From a virus: a DNA stretch of 64,000 nt. Numbering within the stretch: the stretch's first letter is position 1; every line of letters begins with the position of its first letter. Of the stretch, positions 11,097 through 20,585 are shown one piece after another. A program made the translations under genes and the position numbers. The DNA lies in IMG/VR virus record IMGVR_UViG_3300045988_046609; one strand, given 5' to 3'. The notes beneath the pieces are model-generated. The model was not told where the DNA came from, made no database searches, and saw nothing but the letters and a program-made list of their open reading frames with translations.

Positions 11097-12083
11097 TTAA
11101 TTGTTATTACTAAACGAAAATTTCTTTGCTGGTTCTTCGTCTCGTACTGTTTCAATTAAATTATTGTATTTTAGATCGTTATCAAACTCTAATATTGAAC
11201 ATTCGCCTGCATCTCTGTTTTTTAGTATATGCAGATAGACTTTGTTCTTAACTAGTAAACGATTCGGTCCATATTGTTGTATATTGAGTAGTTCTGGTCT
11301 ATGAATACAAATAACATAATCAGAAGCATGAAATATTGTATCAGCAGAAGAAATATCGCTACGCATTGGATAATGCATAGAAGGATTGTTAATTCTATCA
11401 GGAGCTTCAATGTTTCGGTTCATCTGTGATAACTGAATTATAGTAGTATTAGGGTATTTTTTTACCTTAATAAATAGTTTCTGTAAATCCGAAATCACTT
11501 GCAAGGCAGAAGCTTGACCTTCAACAAGTAATGTATGATCTAATATGATCACAAATCTCTTGCCTTTAGCCTTATTCTCATAGAAGTAATCTATAGTAGA
11601 AGCTATATTGTCAACTGTTCCCGGTGTATCTACATAATATATCGGATATGACTTTATTTGTTGAGTTGTTTCTTCAACATTCTCTAATAATTCATCTGTA
11701 AGACTATTATTAGCGCTATATAGCTCAGCAGTAGTTTGCCTTAACTTACTGCTTATTTTTCTACCTACTTGCCTAGAACTTAGCATCTCAAAAGAGAAGT
11801 TAAGTACTATAACATCCTGATCAGAATTGAGATCTATTAAATCGTTTTCTAACGTATTCACAAATGAAGACTTTCCACTACCAGATATACCTACTATAGT
11901 ATAAATAGTATTGGGTTCAATTCCTCCCATACATTGAGTATTGAACTTCTTCCACCTTGTCTTAAGAGATTCAATCTCATGATTTTTTCTCTTCTTTATA
12001 TATTCTACTGTCTCTATAGCTGCAGAAGATATATGACGAAATGTAAGTGTATTAGTAGATATCTGTTCCATAATTATTTTCAA
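11097..12083 (-). CDS. DnaB-family replicative helicase (RecA-like domain)
   Basis: Walker A IVGISGSGKSSFVN, Walker B RFVIILDHTLLV, DnaB-type LSQMNRNIE and ADTIFHASDYVICIHRPE. Confidence 0.8.
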   Translation of the reverse strand: MKIIMEQISTNTLTFRHISSAAIETVEYIKKRKNHEIESLKTRWKKFNTQCMGGIEPNTIYTIVGISGSGKSSFVNTLENDLIDLNSDQDVIVLNFSFEMLSSRQVGRKISSKLRQTTAELYSANNSLTDELLENVEETTQQIKSYPIYYVDTPGTVDNIASTIDYFYENKAKGKRFVIILDHTLLVEGQASALQVISDLQKLFIKVKKYPNTTIIQLSQMNRNIEAPDRINNPSMHYPMRSDISSADTIFHASDYVICIHRPELLNIQQYGPNRLLVKNKVYLHILKNRDAGECSILEFDNDLKYNNLIETVRDEEPAKKFSFSNNN

Positions 12084-12618
12084 TTAATGGTTGTTCTACT
12101 TTCATTTGCTCTTCATAGGTTTCCCACTCATGTTGAGTGAGCCATTTCCACATAGTTTTCATATAACCTATTTTTCCAGTAAGCATTTTATTCTCTATCT
12201 CAAATTTAAGACAGTTGCATATATGCTGATGCATAGCTTTACTTTTGCCTACTATACGATTATATTCTTTCCTACATTTGTTTACATTAGCTCTTAAGAA
12301 CCCTTTAGTTCCGTCAGGTCTTATAACATAAACTGGAAATAGGTCATAAAATTCATCAAACATAGATTTATCTTCTTTTAGAAGTTCAATTAATTTTGAT
12401 GTTTTACTTATGACTTGGCTACTATCAGATTTTGTGATAGTTATTAAACCTTGATTTTCTAACTCTTGTATTTCTTCTTCATTAACTAGGCTGAGAAGTC
12501 TCTGAATGTCTTGATTGATGGTTTGATTATCATTCAATACAAGCGTTAGGAATACTAACTGATTAATAGATAAATTTTCAATCCGTTCAAGGATTGAGGT
12601 GTCTATTTCTAAAATCAT
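12052..12618 (-). CDS. Hypothetical protein (188 aa), replication-module position
   Basis: Uninterrupted ORF between polymerase and helicase. Confidence 0.55.
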   Translation of the reverse strand: MILEIDTSILERIENLSINQLVFLTLVLNDNQTINQDIQRLLSLVNEEEIQELENQGLITITKSDSSQVISKTSKLIELLKEDKSMFDEFYDLFPVYVIRPDGTKGFLRANVNKCRKEYNRIVGKSKAMHQHICNCLKFEIENKMLTGKIGYMKTMWKWLTQHEWETYEEQMKVEQPLIENNYGTDIY

Positions 12619-12676
12619 ATTCTCATATTTTTTACATGAGCTATGTTTTTTCTGAAATATATTTGATAAGTCTTTG

Positions 12677-14626
12677 TTAATCCCATAGACTCATTTGTAA
12701 CGGTTTTAATTCACGGATTATTTTATAGGCTTCCATAATATAGTACCTATAATTAATCTTTCTCTCTTCAATTGGTTTATCATCTAAGTAATTTAATAAA
12801 GTAACACCAGACGCAGTAAGCATATTCTGATACTGTTTTTCTGTAGGACATGGAATACTTATATCAAAACGATTAGTATCTTTTTCCTTCCATTTCCATA
12901 GATAAGCACCATTAGTACTTGCATAGAAACGATTAGTCCTTTGTTGTTCTTTATTATTATACTCAATATGCCATTGTTTACCAGTTTTTTCAGCCATTAG
13001 AAAATCTCTAATATCTTGGCAACCTTTTATAGTTTCTTCTACTGGTACTCCGTTCTTAAAAAAGTTTATTACTGCTTTCGGTATGATCTTCGGAGTTAAA
13101 CCTTTCCCTAATTTCACAGTAGTAATAAACATACCCTTTTCTTTTACTTTATCATCTTCAGTAATAGCAAAGTAGTCATTTATAGCACATTGATACATAG
13201 CCTTAAAACGTTCCTCTTCTAAAGTAAGTTTAGTAAGTTGTTCCCATTCTCTACATACTTTGTTTACACTAACATATACAGATTTTTTAAGTAATACAAA
13301 CAAACCGTCTGTATTAGCTTGGATGATTCGGCATCCTAATTGGGTTAGTTTTTCAGCTAGCATTAACAATAGAAGCTGACCGTTAATTCGGATTTTCATA
13401 ACAGCTTCTGGACTATAACAGAAATTATGTGGATTCTGTAAGTTACCTGATAATCCATTGAGAGCAAGCTTTAAGGTTTCGTTTTTAACCTTATTGCCAT
13501 TGTGTTTAGCTTCGATACGCTCATCTTTAATTTGCTTATATACTTCTAAGAACTCAGGTCCTAAATGTTTAGGATAGAACCCATATTCTATTAGCATACT
13601 TGGATATAGTGATGCAACATCTATATCAATGAGCATTTCATCTTCTTTTGGTATAACTATTTCAGGATCATTTACTGAATGAATTCCTCCAACTCCTACA
13701 GAATATCTTAGTCCTTCAAATATGAATTTATTTTCATATCCTTTTCTTCCTGGAGATACTATTTGACTTTTCATATCATCTAGTACTCCTTGAAGTATCG
13801 GACTGTCATACTTAATAAATGGTAGTATTACCTTATTTAATGGTATTACATCCATTGGAGATCTTAAATCTTTAATATCATACCAGGTTTGACCTGTTTT
13901 TTCAAGATATTTCTGTGTTAAAATCTTCATTCCAATGTTTACTCCGTCTTTACTAAGTACTCTTACTCCGTATTCATCTTCAATAGCTAACCTTAAATCT
14001 ACATCTTTTTTACATCTATTGAGTAATTCCTCAGTAGAATTAACATCATTAATATTATATTCAATCATTGAATCTATCTGATTTTCAGGTAAATCTGCCT
14101 GCCAATCTGCAACAAATTCTTGTACATTTTTGTATTGCATTGTTACTTGAATCTCTTTCAAACCTACTCTTAACTTATTACTATAAAGCATAGTAAGAAT
14201 ATCAAACGAATCAAAACAGATCATATATTTCCACTTACTCCATGCTCTAATATCATCTTCGCTAGAAGTAGTAATTACTTTACTTAAATTAAATATAGAT
14301 CTACATATATCTCTATATCCTTTGTATTTCATTATAATATAATAATCTATTATGTAATTTATAATAGGATTATCGTAATGAAGATTATTATAACCACAAA
14401 ATAATTTATCAGTATTTAACTGAATTTTCGTAGTATATAAATCTCCGAAAGTATAATCTGTATCAACGGTATGAAAGAAATTAACTAATTCATCTAATTG
14501 ATTTCTTCTGCAAGATATTTCAAATTTATGCAACTCACCTGTTTCTGTATTTTTTACAGTACAATGGAAAACATTGGGGAATACCTCAATATCATATACA
14601 TAAACAATCTTATCTCGTATAATCAT
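12677..14626 (-). CDS. Family B DNA polymerase
   Basis: Exo motifs YDIEVFPN, YNNLHYDNPII and YNINDVNSTEEL. Pol motif A DVASLYPSMLI, motif B KLALNGLSGNL, motif C QANTDGLFV. Confidence 0.9.
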   Translation of the reverse strand: MIIRDKIVYVYDIEVFPNVFHCTVKNTETGELHKFEISCRRNQLDELVNFFHTVDTDYTFGDLYTTKIQLNTDKLFCGYNNLHYDNPIINYIIDYYIIMKYKGYRDICRSIFNLSKVITTSSEDDIRAWSKWKYMICFDSFDILTMLYSNKLRVGLKEIQVTMQYKNVQEFVADWQADLPENQIDSMIEYNINDVNSTEELLNRCKKDVDLRLAIEDEYGVRVLSKDGVNIGMKILTQKYLEKTGQTWYDIKDLRSPMDVIPLNKVILPFIKYDSPILQGVLDDMKSQIVSPGRKGYENKFIFEGLRYSVGVGGIHSVNDPEIVIPKEDEMLIDIDVASLYPSMLIEYGFYPKHLGPEFLEVYKQIKDERIEAKHNGNKVKNETLKLALNGLSGNLQNPHNFCYSPEAVMKIRINGQLLLLMLAEKLTQLGCRIIQANTDGLFVLLKKSVYVSVNKVCREWEQLTKLTLEEERFKAMYQCAINDYFAITEDDKVKEKGMFITTVKLGKGLTPKIIPKAVINFFKNGVPVEETIKGCQDIRDFLMAEKTGKQWHIEYNNKEQQRTNRFYASTNGAYLWKWKEKDTNRFDISIPCPTEKQYQNMLTASGVTLLNYLDDKPIEERKINYRYYIMEAYKIIRELKPLQMSLWD

Positions 14627-14646
14627 AATATAATAATGTTAGTTTG

Positions 14647-14763
14647 TTCCCTATTTCGGATTTGAACCGACGACCTCCCCTAACATATACGAATATATAG
14701 TAATACGAATATTACATCAATATATACGAATTACAGGATGCTCTACCACTGAGCTACTAGGGA
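14647..14763 (-). ncRNA. tRNA-like RNA whose anticodon arm is replaced by a long AT-rich rod capped by a UUCG tetraloop
   Basis: Minus strand reads TCCCTAG-TA-GCTC-AGTGGTA-GAGC-A-TCCTG-[51 nt]-TAGGG-GAGGTC-GTCGG-TTCAAAT-CCGAA-ATAGGGA-A. Acceptor, D arm and T arm are canonical. The 51-nt insert contains ATTCGTAT three times and the hairpin GTAATA-TTCG-TATTAC. Confidence 0.6.
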
Positions 14764-14772
14764 TCCATGAAA

Positions 14773-15384
14773 TTATGCTGCAAGCAATTTTGACTTAGTA
14801 TAATATATAATATTATTATCTTTACTATCCTGGATTCTAATACCAGTTACATCATCATTGTCTGCATATTTTTTAGCTATTTTCATAGCTTTATTTTTAG
14901 CGTCTTCACGAGAAGATGCTTTAAAATAGTCTGTCAAAAAATCATAATCTCTTTGTGGATTATCTTCTGACTTTTTCTGTACTACATACTGAAATGTACG
15001 TATATCAGCTTTTTCTTTTATTGATAATTCAGCAGCAGTATATCCTTTCTGAATCTTTTTATTAACAAATTCAGAAATATGTTTGCGCTCTTTAAGCAAT
15101 TGTTCTCGTAATCCTTGCTTAATTTTAATGCGCTCCTTTATCTGTTCTTTAGTTAACGTAACAGGTTTTGGTTTTTCAAATAATTTGTTCTTTACAATAC
15201 GTGTAAATTTACGTTTTTCCTTACTAGTATACTTGTTAGTAGGATCATATCCTGCTTCTTTAAGTATTTGTTTAATGCGTTCTTTCTTAGAAAGCTTAGC
15301 ATTTTTATTCTCATTACGAGATTCTGTTGCTATTTTTGTTGTATATTCTGCTTGACGCTTATCTATATAAATAACTTTTTCCAT
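14773..15384 (-). CDS. Lys/Glu-rich hypothetical protein (203 aa)
   Basis: Uninterrupted ORF, TAA stop. Confidence 0.6.
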   Translation of the reverse strand: MEKVIYIDKRQAEYTTKIATESRNENKNAKLSKKERIKQILKEAGYDPTNKYTSKEKRKFTRIVKNKLFEKPKPVTLTKEQIKERIKIKQGLREQLLKERKHISEFVNKKIQKGYTAAELSIKEKADIRTFQYVVQKKSEDNPQRDYDFLTDYFKASSREDAKNKAMKIAKKYADNDDVTGIRIQDSKDNNIIYYTKSKLLAA

Positions 15385-15398
15385 AATCTTGATAATTT

Positions 15399-15602
15399 TT
15401 ATTCTTTATTACTTGTTAAGTAAAATCCTTGTATTTTCTTAGGAGACTTAACGTTACTATTCTCTTTGTACTTTATAGTTACATAATTATAACCTAATAT
15501 AATATGTTCTATATCTGTACAAGTATTAAGAGCATCGTTTACACGATGCTCAAAATGCTTATTAGTTTCAAATAAACCTTTTCTAATATATTTAGCTTTC
15601 AT
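15399..15602 (-). CDS. Hypothetical protein (67 aa)
   Basis: ORF whose start overlaps the stop of the upstream gene (ATG/TAA overlap at 15602). Confidence 0.45.
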   Translation of the reverse strand: MKAKYIRKGLFETNKHFEHRVNDALNTCTDIEHIILGYNYVTIKYKENSNVKSPKKIQGFYLTSNKE

Positions 15603-16111
15603 TATGCAACTAAGGCTATAGGAGCAGATTCAATATTTAGTTCTGCACTATTATTGAAATCTTCAAGTTCCTTATTAAGTTTATTAATTTCTAATTGTAA
15701 TTTATTTTTTAAGTTTGTTATATATGCAGAAGTTAGTTCTTCTGTAATATTCAATCCTTTCTTACTCTTAGCTCGTTTGATCTTAGGATCGATAGTACGT
15801 ACTTTAGTAAGATGAAATAGTTGTTCAGATTTCTCACTTAGTGAGAAAATAGTAAAATAGTTATTACTAGTAGGAAGCTCTGAAAACTTTTTATATCCCA
15901 TATTAATACATTGCAGATATAGCTTCATTAGAATGCGTTCTTCTGCCATTTCTTCAATTTTTGTTAAAAGCACCTTCAAATCAAAATTGCGAGTTGCTTC
16001 TTTAGATATAACATTTTCATTTTTAATAATATTCCAGTACTTAGTAATTTCTTTACTTAACTCGTCACGACGAGTTTTTGCATATTTAGATGTAATTGAT
16101 TTCATATTCAA
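15602..16111 (-). CDS. Hypothetical protein (169 aa)
   Basis: Uninterrupted ORF. Confidence 0.55.
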   Translation of the reverse strand: MNMKSITSKYAKTRRDELSKEITKYWNIIKNENVISKEATRNFDLKVLLTKIEEMAEERILMKLYLQCINMGYKKFSELPTSNNYFTIFSLSEKSEQLFHLTKVRTIDPKIKRAKSKKGLNITEELTSAYITNLKNKLQLEINKLNKELEDFNNSAELNIESAPIALVA

Positions 16112-16160
16112 GTGATTTGTTTTTTAAGTTAATACTTGACCGAAATCGTTTACTAGTTTG

Positions 16161-16227
16161 TCATGCATAACAGATTCAAACTGCTGTCTCTATTAAATAG
16201 CGCTCTAATCAACTAAGCTAATGCATG
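16161..16227 (-). ncRNA. 67-nt tRNA-like RNA with truncated anticodon arm
   Basis: Minus strand reads CATGCAT-TA-GCTT-AGTTGATTA-GAGC-G-CTAT-TTA-ATAG-AGAC-AGCAG-TTTGAAT-CTGTT-ATGCATG-A. It has a perfect 7-bp acceptor plus D and T arms. D-loop A and T-loop T sit where G19-C56 normally pair. The anticodon arm is only an 11-nt mini-hairpin. Confidence 0.5.
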
Positions 16228-16312
16228 AGAATTAAAAACTACCCAATTCAGCAGTTTTTATAAAAAAAGTACCCAATTCAGTACTTAGAAATGTTTAATC
16301 ATTAGGTCCAAT

Positions 16313-16891
16313 TCAACCTTTTCTGATTTTAACAATTTTGTTATTTAGCTTTCCGATGATCGGTAATATCCGTCCACCACCGAGATCTACACCTACGCCA
16401 ATCTCAACATCACCGTCAAGACTGTACTCGTGTTTATACTGTTCACGTTGTTCTTCTGCATATTTTTTTGCATTTTCCTGATTGATATATTTAGAATGTA
16501 GTTCCCCGTCTGAACAATTCCTCATACTATCAAACAAAATATCTACTACACAGTCGAAGTCGCGTTCTTTTACAGCTTTATCAAGAATACTTTTAGTAAT
16601 TCCGTCAAAAGCAACATCATTTCTGGATCCATTAGATCCAGTAATTGCGTCTGCTATACGAATTGATGCATCTATAATACTTACCGATTCATAAGAATTA
16701 CAGCATCTTTGCCACCAAATTGGTCCACGTCCATAATAAAAATAGACGGTTCCATTCTCTTTAATTTGAACCTTTTTAGGAGTTTCAATTACAGCTCCGT
16801 TCCGAATCTGAACTTTGCTGAGAATTGTTGGCTCTGAGCAAATAAGTATTCGCAGAAGCTCTACTCTTATAGGAGAAATTCTGCTATTCAT
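16313..16891 (-). CDS. Hypothetical protein (192 aa), visibly GC-richer than its neighbours
   Basis: Uninterrupted ORF, TGA stop. Confidence 0.55.
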   Translation of the reverse strand: MNSRISPIRVELLRILICSEPTILSKVQIRNGAVIETPKKVQIKENGTVYFYYGRGPIWWQRCCNSYESVSIIDASIRIADAITGSNGSRNDVAFDGITKSILDKAVKERDFDCVVDILFDSMRNCSDGELHSKYINQENAKKYAEEQREQYKHEYSLDGDVEIGVGVDLGGGRILPIIGKLNNKIVKIRKG

Positions 16892-16898
16892 AACTTAC

Positions 16899-17546
16899 TT
16901 ATCCCTGGGCTTGTTCGATAGTTACGTTTACTTCTACCTGATCTTCGTTAGTGATCCCACACTGCCGTAAGTACTCTACTTGAGCACGATCCTGTTGGTC
17001 CATAATGTTCCGGACAGTTTCTGCAAGTTGCATGTTTTTACGGGCTTGTTCCTCATAGAAATTCAGAATAGATGAGTTATGCATCTTTAAGCATGTATTC
17101 AACTGCGGAAGTTCAGAAGGACCAAAGAAAATAGGTCTTGTAGGATTTGTTGGATCGTTCGGCTTGGTTAATGTTGCAATACAGGCCATTACACTTTCCC
17201 GGGTTGCTTTCTGGAAATTCGGTTCAGCAAGATCAAATACCAGTGATGGATCCTGAGACTTCGGATTCAGAATTACCTTTGGATGACCGTCAAAGTCCTT
17301 TTCACAAAGTTCAATACCTGTAATATCAATAGGCTTGACTATGAAAATCCGGACATCCTTCCGTAATGTGTTCTTGTCATTCTGAACATCTTCTTTCCAT
17401 TTCAGATCTGGGTTGTGTGATACAATTGTATAGATCTGGCTACTAAAGTATTCTCCATACTTTTTACAAACTTGCCGATATCGAGCCATAATAGAAGCTA
17501 ACTCCGTGTTAGGAGTAACCATTTGTATTTTACTATTTTGTTCCAT
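16899..17546 (-). CDS. Hypothetical protein (215 aa), visibly GC-richer than its neighbours
   Basis: Uninterrupted ORF, TAA stop. Confidence 0.55.
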   Translation of the reverse strand: MEQNSKIQMVTPNTELASIMARYRQVCKKYGEYFSSQIYTIVSHNPDLKWKEDVQNDKNTLRKDVRIFIVKPIDITGIELCEKDFDGHPKVILNPKSQDPSLVFDLAEPNFQKATRESVMACIATLTKPNDPTNPTRPIFFGPSELPQLNTCLKMHNSSILNFYEEQARKNMQLAETVRNIMDQQDRAQVEYLRQCGITNEDQVEVNVTIEQAQG

Positions 17547-19674
17547 AAAAAATGTTCCCTTCTTGATTCCGTACTTGATATACCAATACGGATCATTTTT
17601 AGTTTTTAAGTTAATAATAAGTTAATGCTCTCCACTGTTCGATTATTTTATAGTATTACAATAATGGTAATAGTGAATTCAATCACATAATCTACTAAGT
17701 ATATTTGATAATAAATGTTAATTTATTCGAAAATATCTTTTGATAAATTCTCTGATAAATTTTCTGATAATATGCTTTAACGTCCCGTTTCGACGGTTAA
17801 GATTCAATTTTTTCGATGCTTAACGCACCCCTCACCGTTATTTTATATCGCTATTAGTTGCAATATAAAAGACACAGATCATCGACTAAGTAAGTCTACC
17901 TGGTATTTCCGTATTATCGAAATTCATAGAATTACGGTCGTTTATCTAACGTTACCAACTCATGAGCTCATTGCTTAAAGCATGACCCACTCATACCATG
18001 CATAGGATTTGTTGTTTATAACTGCGCGAACACGAGGATTTCCACCTCTCATCGTCTCCTTGTTGCTTGATTGTTATTACGATCAAGTTAAATACTTCGT
18101 CCTTTAATCTACCGAGACAGGGTGATAGACGACAGGTTATTAACGAATCAGCGTTCTCTTTACGTATATATTTGCGATATATACTTTATGAGTTTCTAAT
18201 GTCAGCGATAACGGTTGGCAGTCTGGGGGTGACTTATACTCCATACGGTCTGTCTTACAAATGACAATTTGCTACTTCTGTACTATCATTGGACTTCCCC
18301 AATTTCTATGTGACTCATAGCCTTCCTACACTATGCAGTCTGATTAATAATATTAATTTATTCCCTTAGAACAGATTTAACTAGGCCGGTTCTATTCGGC
18401 ATTAACTTTCAGATGCAGTAAAGTAACATCATCTGTTCACAATCTTACCTCTCTGGTTCCAGGGTTCTAAGCTGGAGCAGCTTGGCTCTTACTTATTAAT
18501 TTATTGTTTTTGACTACTACTAATATCTCCTACTCTGGAATGAGTGTGATAATCTAGTAATACACCTTTTACATATCTTGAAAGGTATAAGCTCTGCTGT
18601 TTTTAGAAGGAGTTCCAAAGCTTCTCCTTAGTATTATTTTATGTCATAATCGTACTTGCTAAAGGTACGTGACAACTAGAATCAGGGTTATTGCGCCCTC
18701 AAACCGCTTAGACATCTTTGTCTATTCATTCCTCATTCAATTATACTCACACGAACGAATAAGCACGTGAGTCACTTTAGACTTGAAAGACGGTATCAAT
18801 CTCATATACCTCATCCCTTATACGTAAATTCTTTTGCGGCACGCTAGTTACGGTAGCGCACAGGATTGGCTCCTGCTCCCTGGTAATCAGTCGGATCATG
18901 GATCTGCACGTAGCTTCACTCCCCGGATCATTGCATGTCCAGCCTTCATATCTTTACTTTGTATAAGTATGTACCATAACACGGTTATCCTTACATTAGT
19001 ATCAGTAATTACTCCCTTTATATTATGAACCAGTTATCATAAAAACACTAGAGTTAGCCTATTTTTCCAATCAGGACGTATAATTACGCTTTTGTATAAA
19101 GCGAGGTTGGAGCCCGCTTGTTGCGTTAGTCAGCCATAATATTATTCAATAATCCTTTTCCAAGGGATTATTCAAGAGCCCTTTGCTCTTGTTTCAGCAT
19201 CGTGTTCATATTCCTTCTTGAGTCACATCTTGATTGACGCATACGAATATAGAGATTTCGTTCTCTTTTTGAGGATTAAGGACTTTATCTTTTACAGTTT
19301 TATTTGTTTATTGCTGCGATTCAGTCTCCTCTTGTTTGAATTAATTTGTAACTAGGGTATCTTCTTGTTGCTCCTATATTACGGGTTCTTCACTCTTAAT
19401 ATCACCAGACGGTTCTCATATTAACAGCGCAGGCTATTCACCCTCTCCTGCTTTCTTATACCTTTTTCACCAGCATAAGTTATTATCCTACCTTTTGAGT
19501 ATCTTACGGTGTTAGCCGCTACGAAGCATCTCATAACTACTTCTTACATATTCTCGGATTCTGTCTTTTTCGGGCTATGTATAAATGAATACAAACTCCC
19601 TGACGCAGTAGTACTTAAAAACTTCCTTCTGTGACTGCCGGAGTGATTTACGCTATAGTTTTACTCCTCTCGAA
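17547..19674. other. ~2.1 kb ORF-free, hairpin-rich region (candidate large structured ncRNA or several small RNAs)
   Basis: Only two short, implausible + strand ORFs in six frames. My trial translation of the minus strand hits TAA/TAG/TGA every few tens of codons. Many perfect local stems, for example aataatcc/ggattatt and caagagc/gctcttg at ~19150-19195, and cgcta/tagcg at ~18843-18859. Confidence 0.5.
17739..17773. repeat. Three ~12-bp-spaced units tttgataaatt / tctgataaatt / tctgataatat
   Basis: Read directly at the left edge of the non-coding region, ~190-230 nt upstream (minus sense) of the start at 17546. Related to the repeats at 10518-10550. Confidence 0.75.
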
Positions 19675-20139
19675 CTATGATATAATTATAGTATTTATAT
19701 AGCGGTTATTATCATTAACTTTTTCCGCTGAGGGTTTATCTTCCCCTACACTAAGTTGCTCCGGTTTTATACAGAAAATTTCTCCTGAAGATAAGTTAAT
19801 ATTTGCAACTATTTTCTTACCTCTGCATATATCTACTATGCCGTTTTTTATATCATTACTACTGATATAATCAACTGGATCCATTTGTCCTGGGTCAAAA
19901 CCGTCCAAGCGAACACAAATCTCACTTACAGACGAACGTAAGTACTGCTCTACGAATAAGATATTCTCGCAACTAGCTTTAGCTTGTACCTGAATTAAGT
20001 TAGTACTTTGTCCTTGCACAATAAAGTAGTTTGATTGGTCTATTACGAAATCTAAATTTCGTCTAGCTTCTTTAATGTTACGTATGATACGCGATAGACG
20101 TGCCATACTATTTAACATAATGTAATTTTTCTTATTCAT
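19675..20139 (-). CDS. Hypothetical protein (~154 aa), terminates in TAG
   Basis: ORF with stop codon TAG (plus strand cta at 19675-19677). ATG at 20137-20139. Confidence 0.55.
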   Translation of the reverse strand: MNKKNYIMLNSMARLSRIIRNIKEARRNLDFVIDQSNYFIVQGQSTNLIQVQAKASCENILFVEQYLRSSVSEICVRLDGFDPGQMDPVDYISSNDIKNGIVDICRGKKIVANINLSSGEIFCIKPEQLSVGEDKPSAEKVNDNNRYINTIIIS

Positions 20140-20141
20140 CA

Positions 20142-20531
20142 CTATTGTTTTTTGGTAAAAGGAGAAAGTGGTTTTACATCCTCTGGTAGGTTAGCTATAC
20201 TACTTACCTTTGGAAATCCTGTATTTACTTCTTTTACTTTGGTCCTGTATTTAACTATAGGTTTTACTTCTCCTGTAGTTGTTACATTTACAATTGCGTC
20301 CGTTGTTCCATTTACGGATACTTCGTGGGTATTAATATCTACTGATACATTAATCGTATCTATACCCGCGGACTTTTTCTCTTCTGTTTTAGAATGTGTC
20401 ATAGACATTAATTCTAAATATGAAGGAATAACAGGCTGAGCCTGTACTACTTCAGTAGTATTTACTAAATTCCAGCCAATATAAATACTCGCAAAGAATA
20501 TTAGTACTACTGATACGATTCTACTATTCAT
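20142..20531 (-). CDS. Secreted/membrane-anchored hypothetical protein (129 aa), terminates in TAG
   Basis: N-terminal hydrophobic segment IVSVVLIFFASIYIGWNLV. Stop is TAG (cta 20142-20144). Confidence 0.55.
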   Translation of the reverse strand: MNSRIVSVVLIFFASIYIGWNLVNTTEVVQAQPVIPSYLELMSMTHSKTEEKKSAGIDTINVSVDINTHEVSVNGTTDAIVNVTTTGEVKPIVKYRTKVKEVNTGFPKVSSIANLPEDVKPLSPFTKKQ

Positions 20532-20585
20532 TTTGATGATGATTTAGTGAATAACTTTCTAAAGGTAATAATTTGTTTCCAAATT

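Noticed and set aside
17547-19674. Group II intron, group I intron or rRNA fragment as explanations for the 2.1 kb non-coding region
   Set aside because: On either strand I found no GTGYG start with a domain V-like AGC...GNRA...hairpin. I found no convincing P/Q/R/S group I cores and none of the universal 16S/23S signature strings. This was a by-eye check only, so a covariance-model search is still needed.
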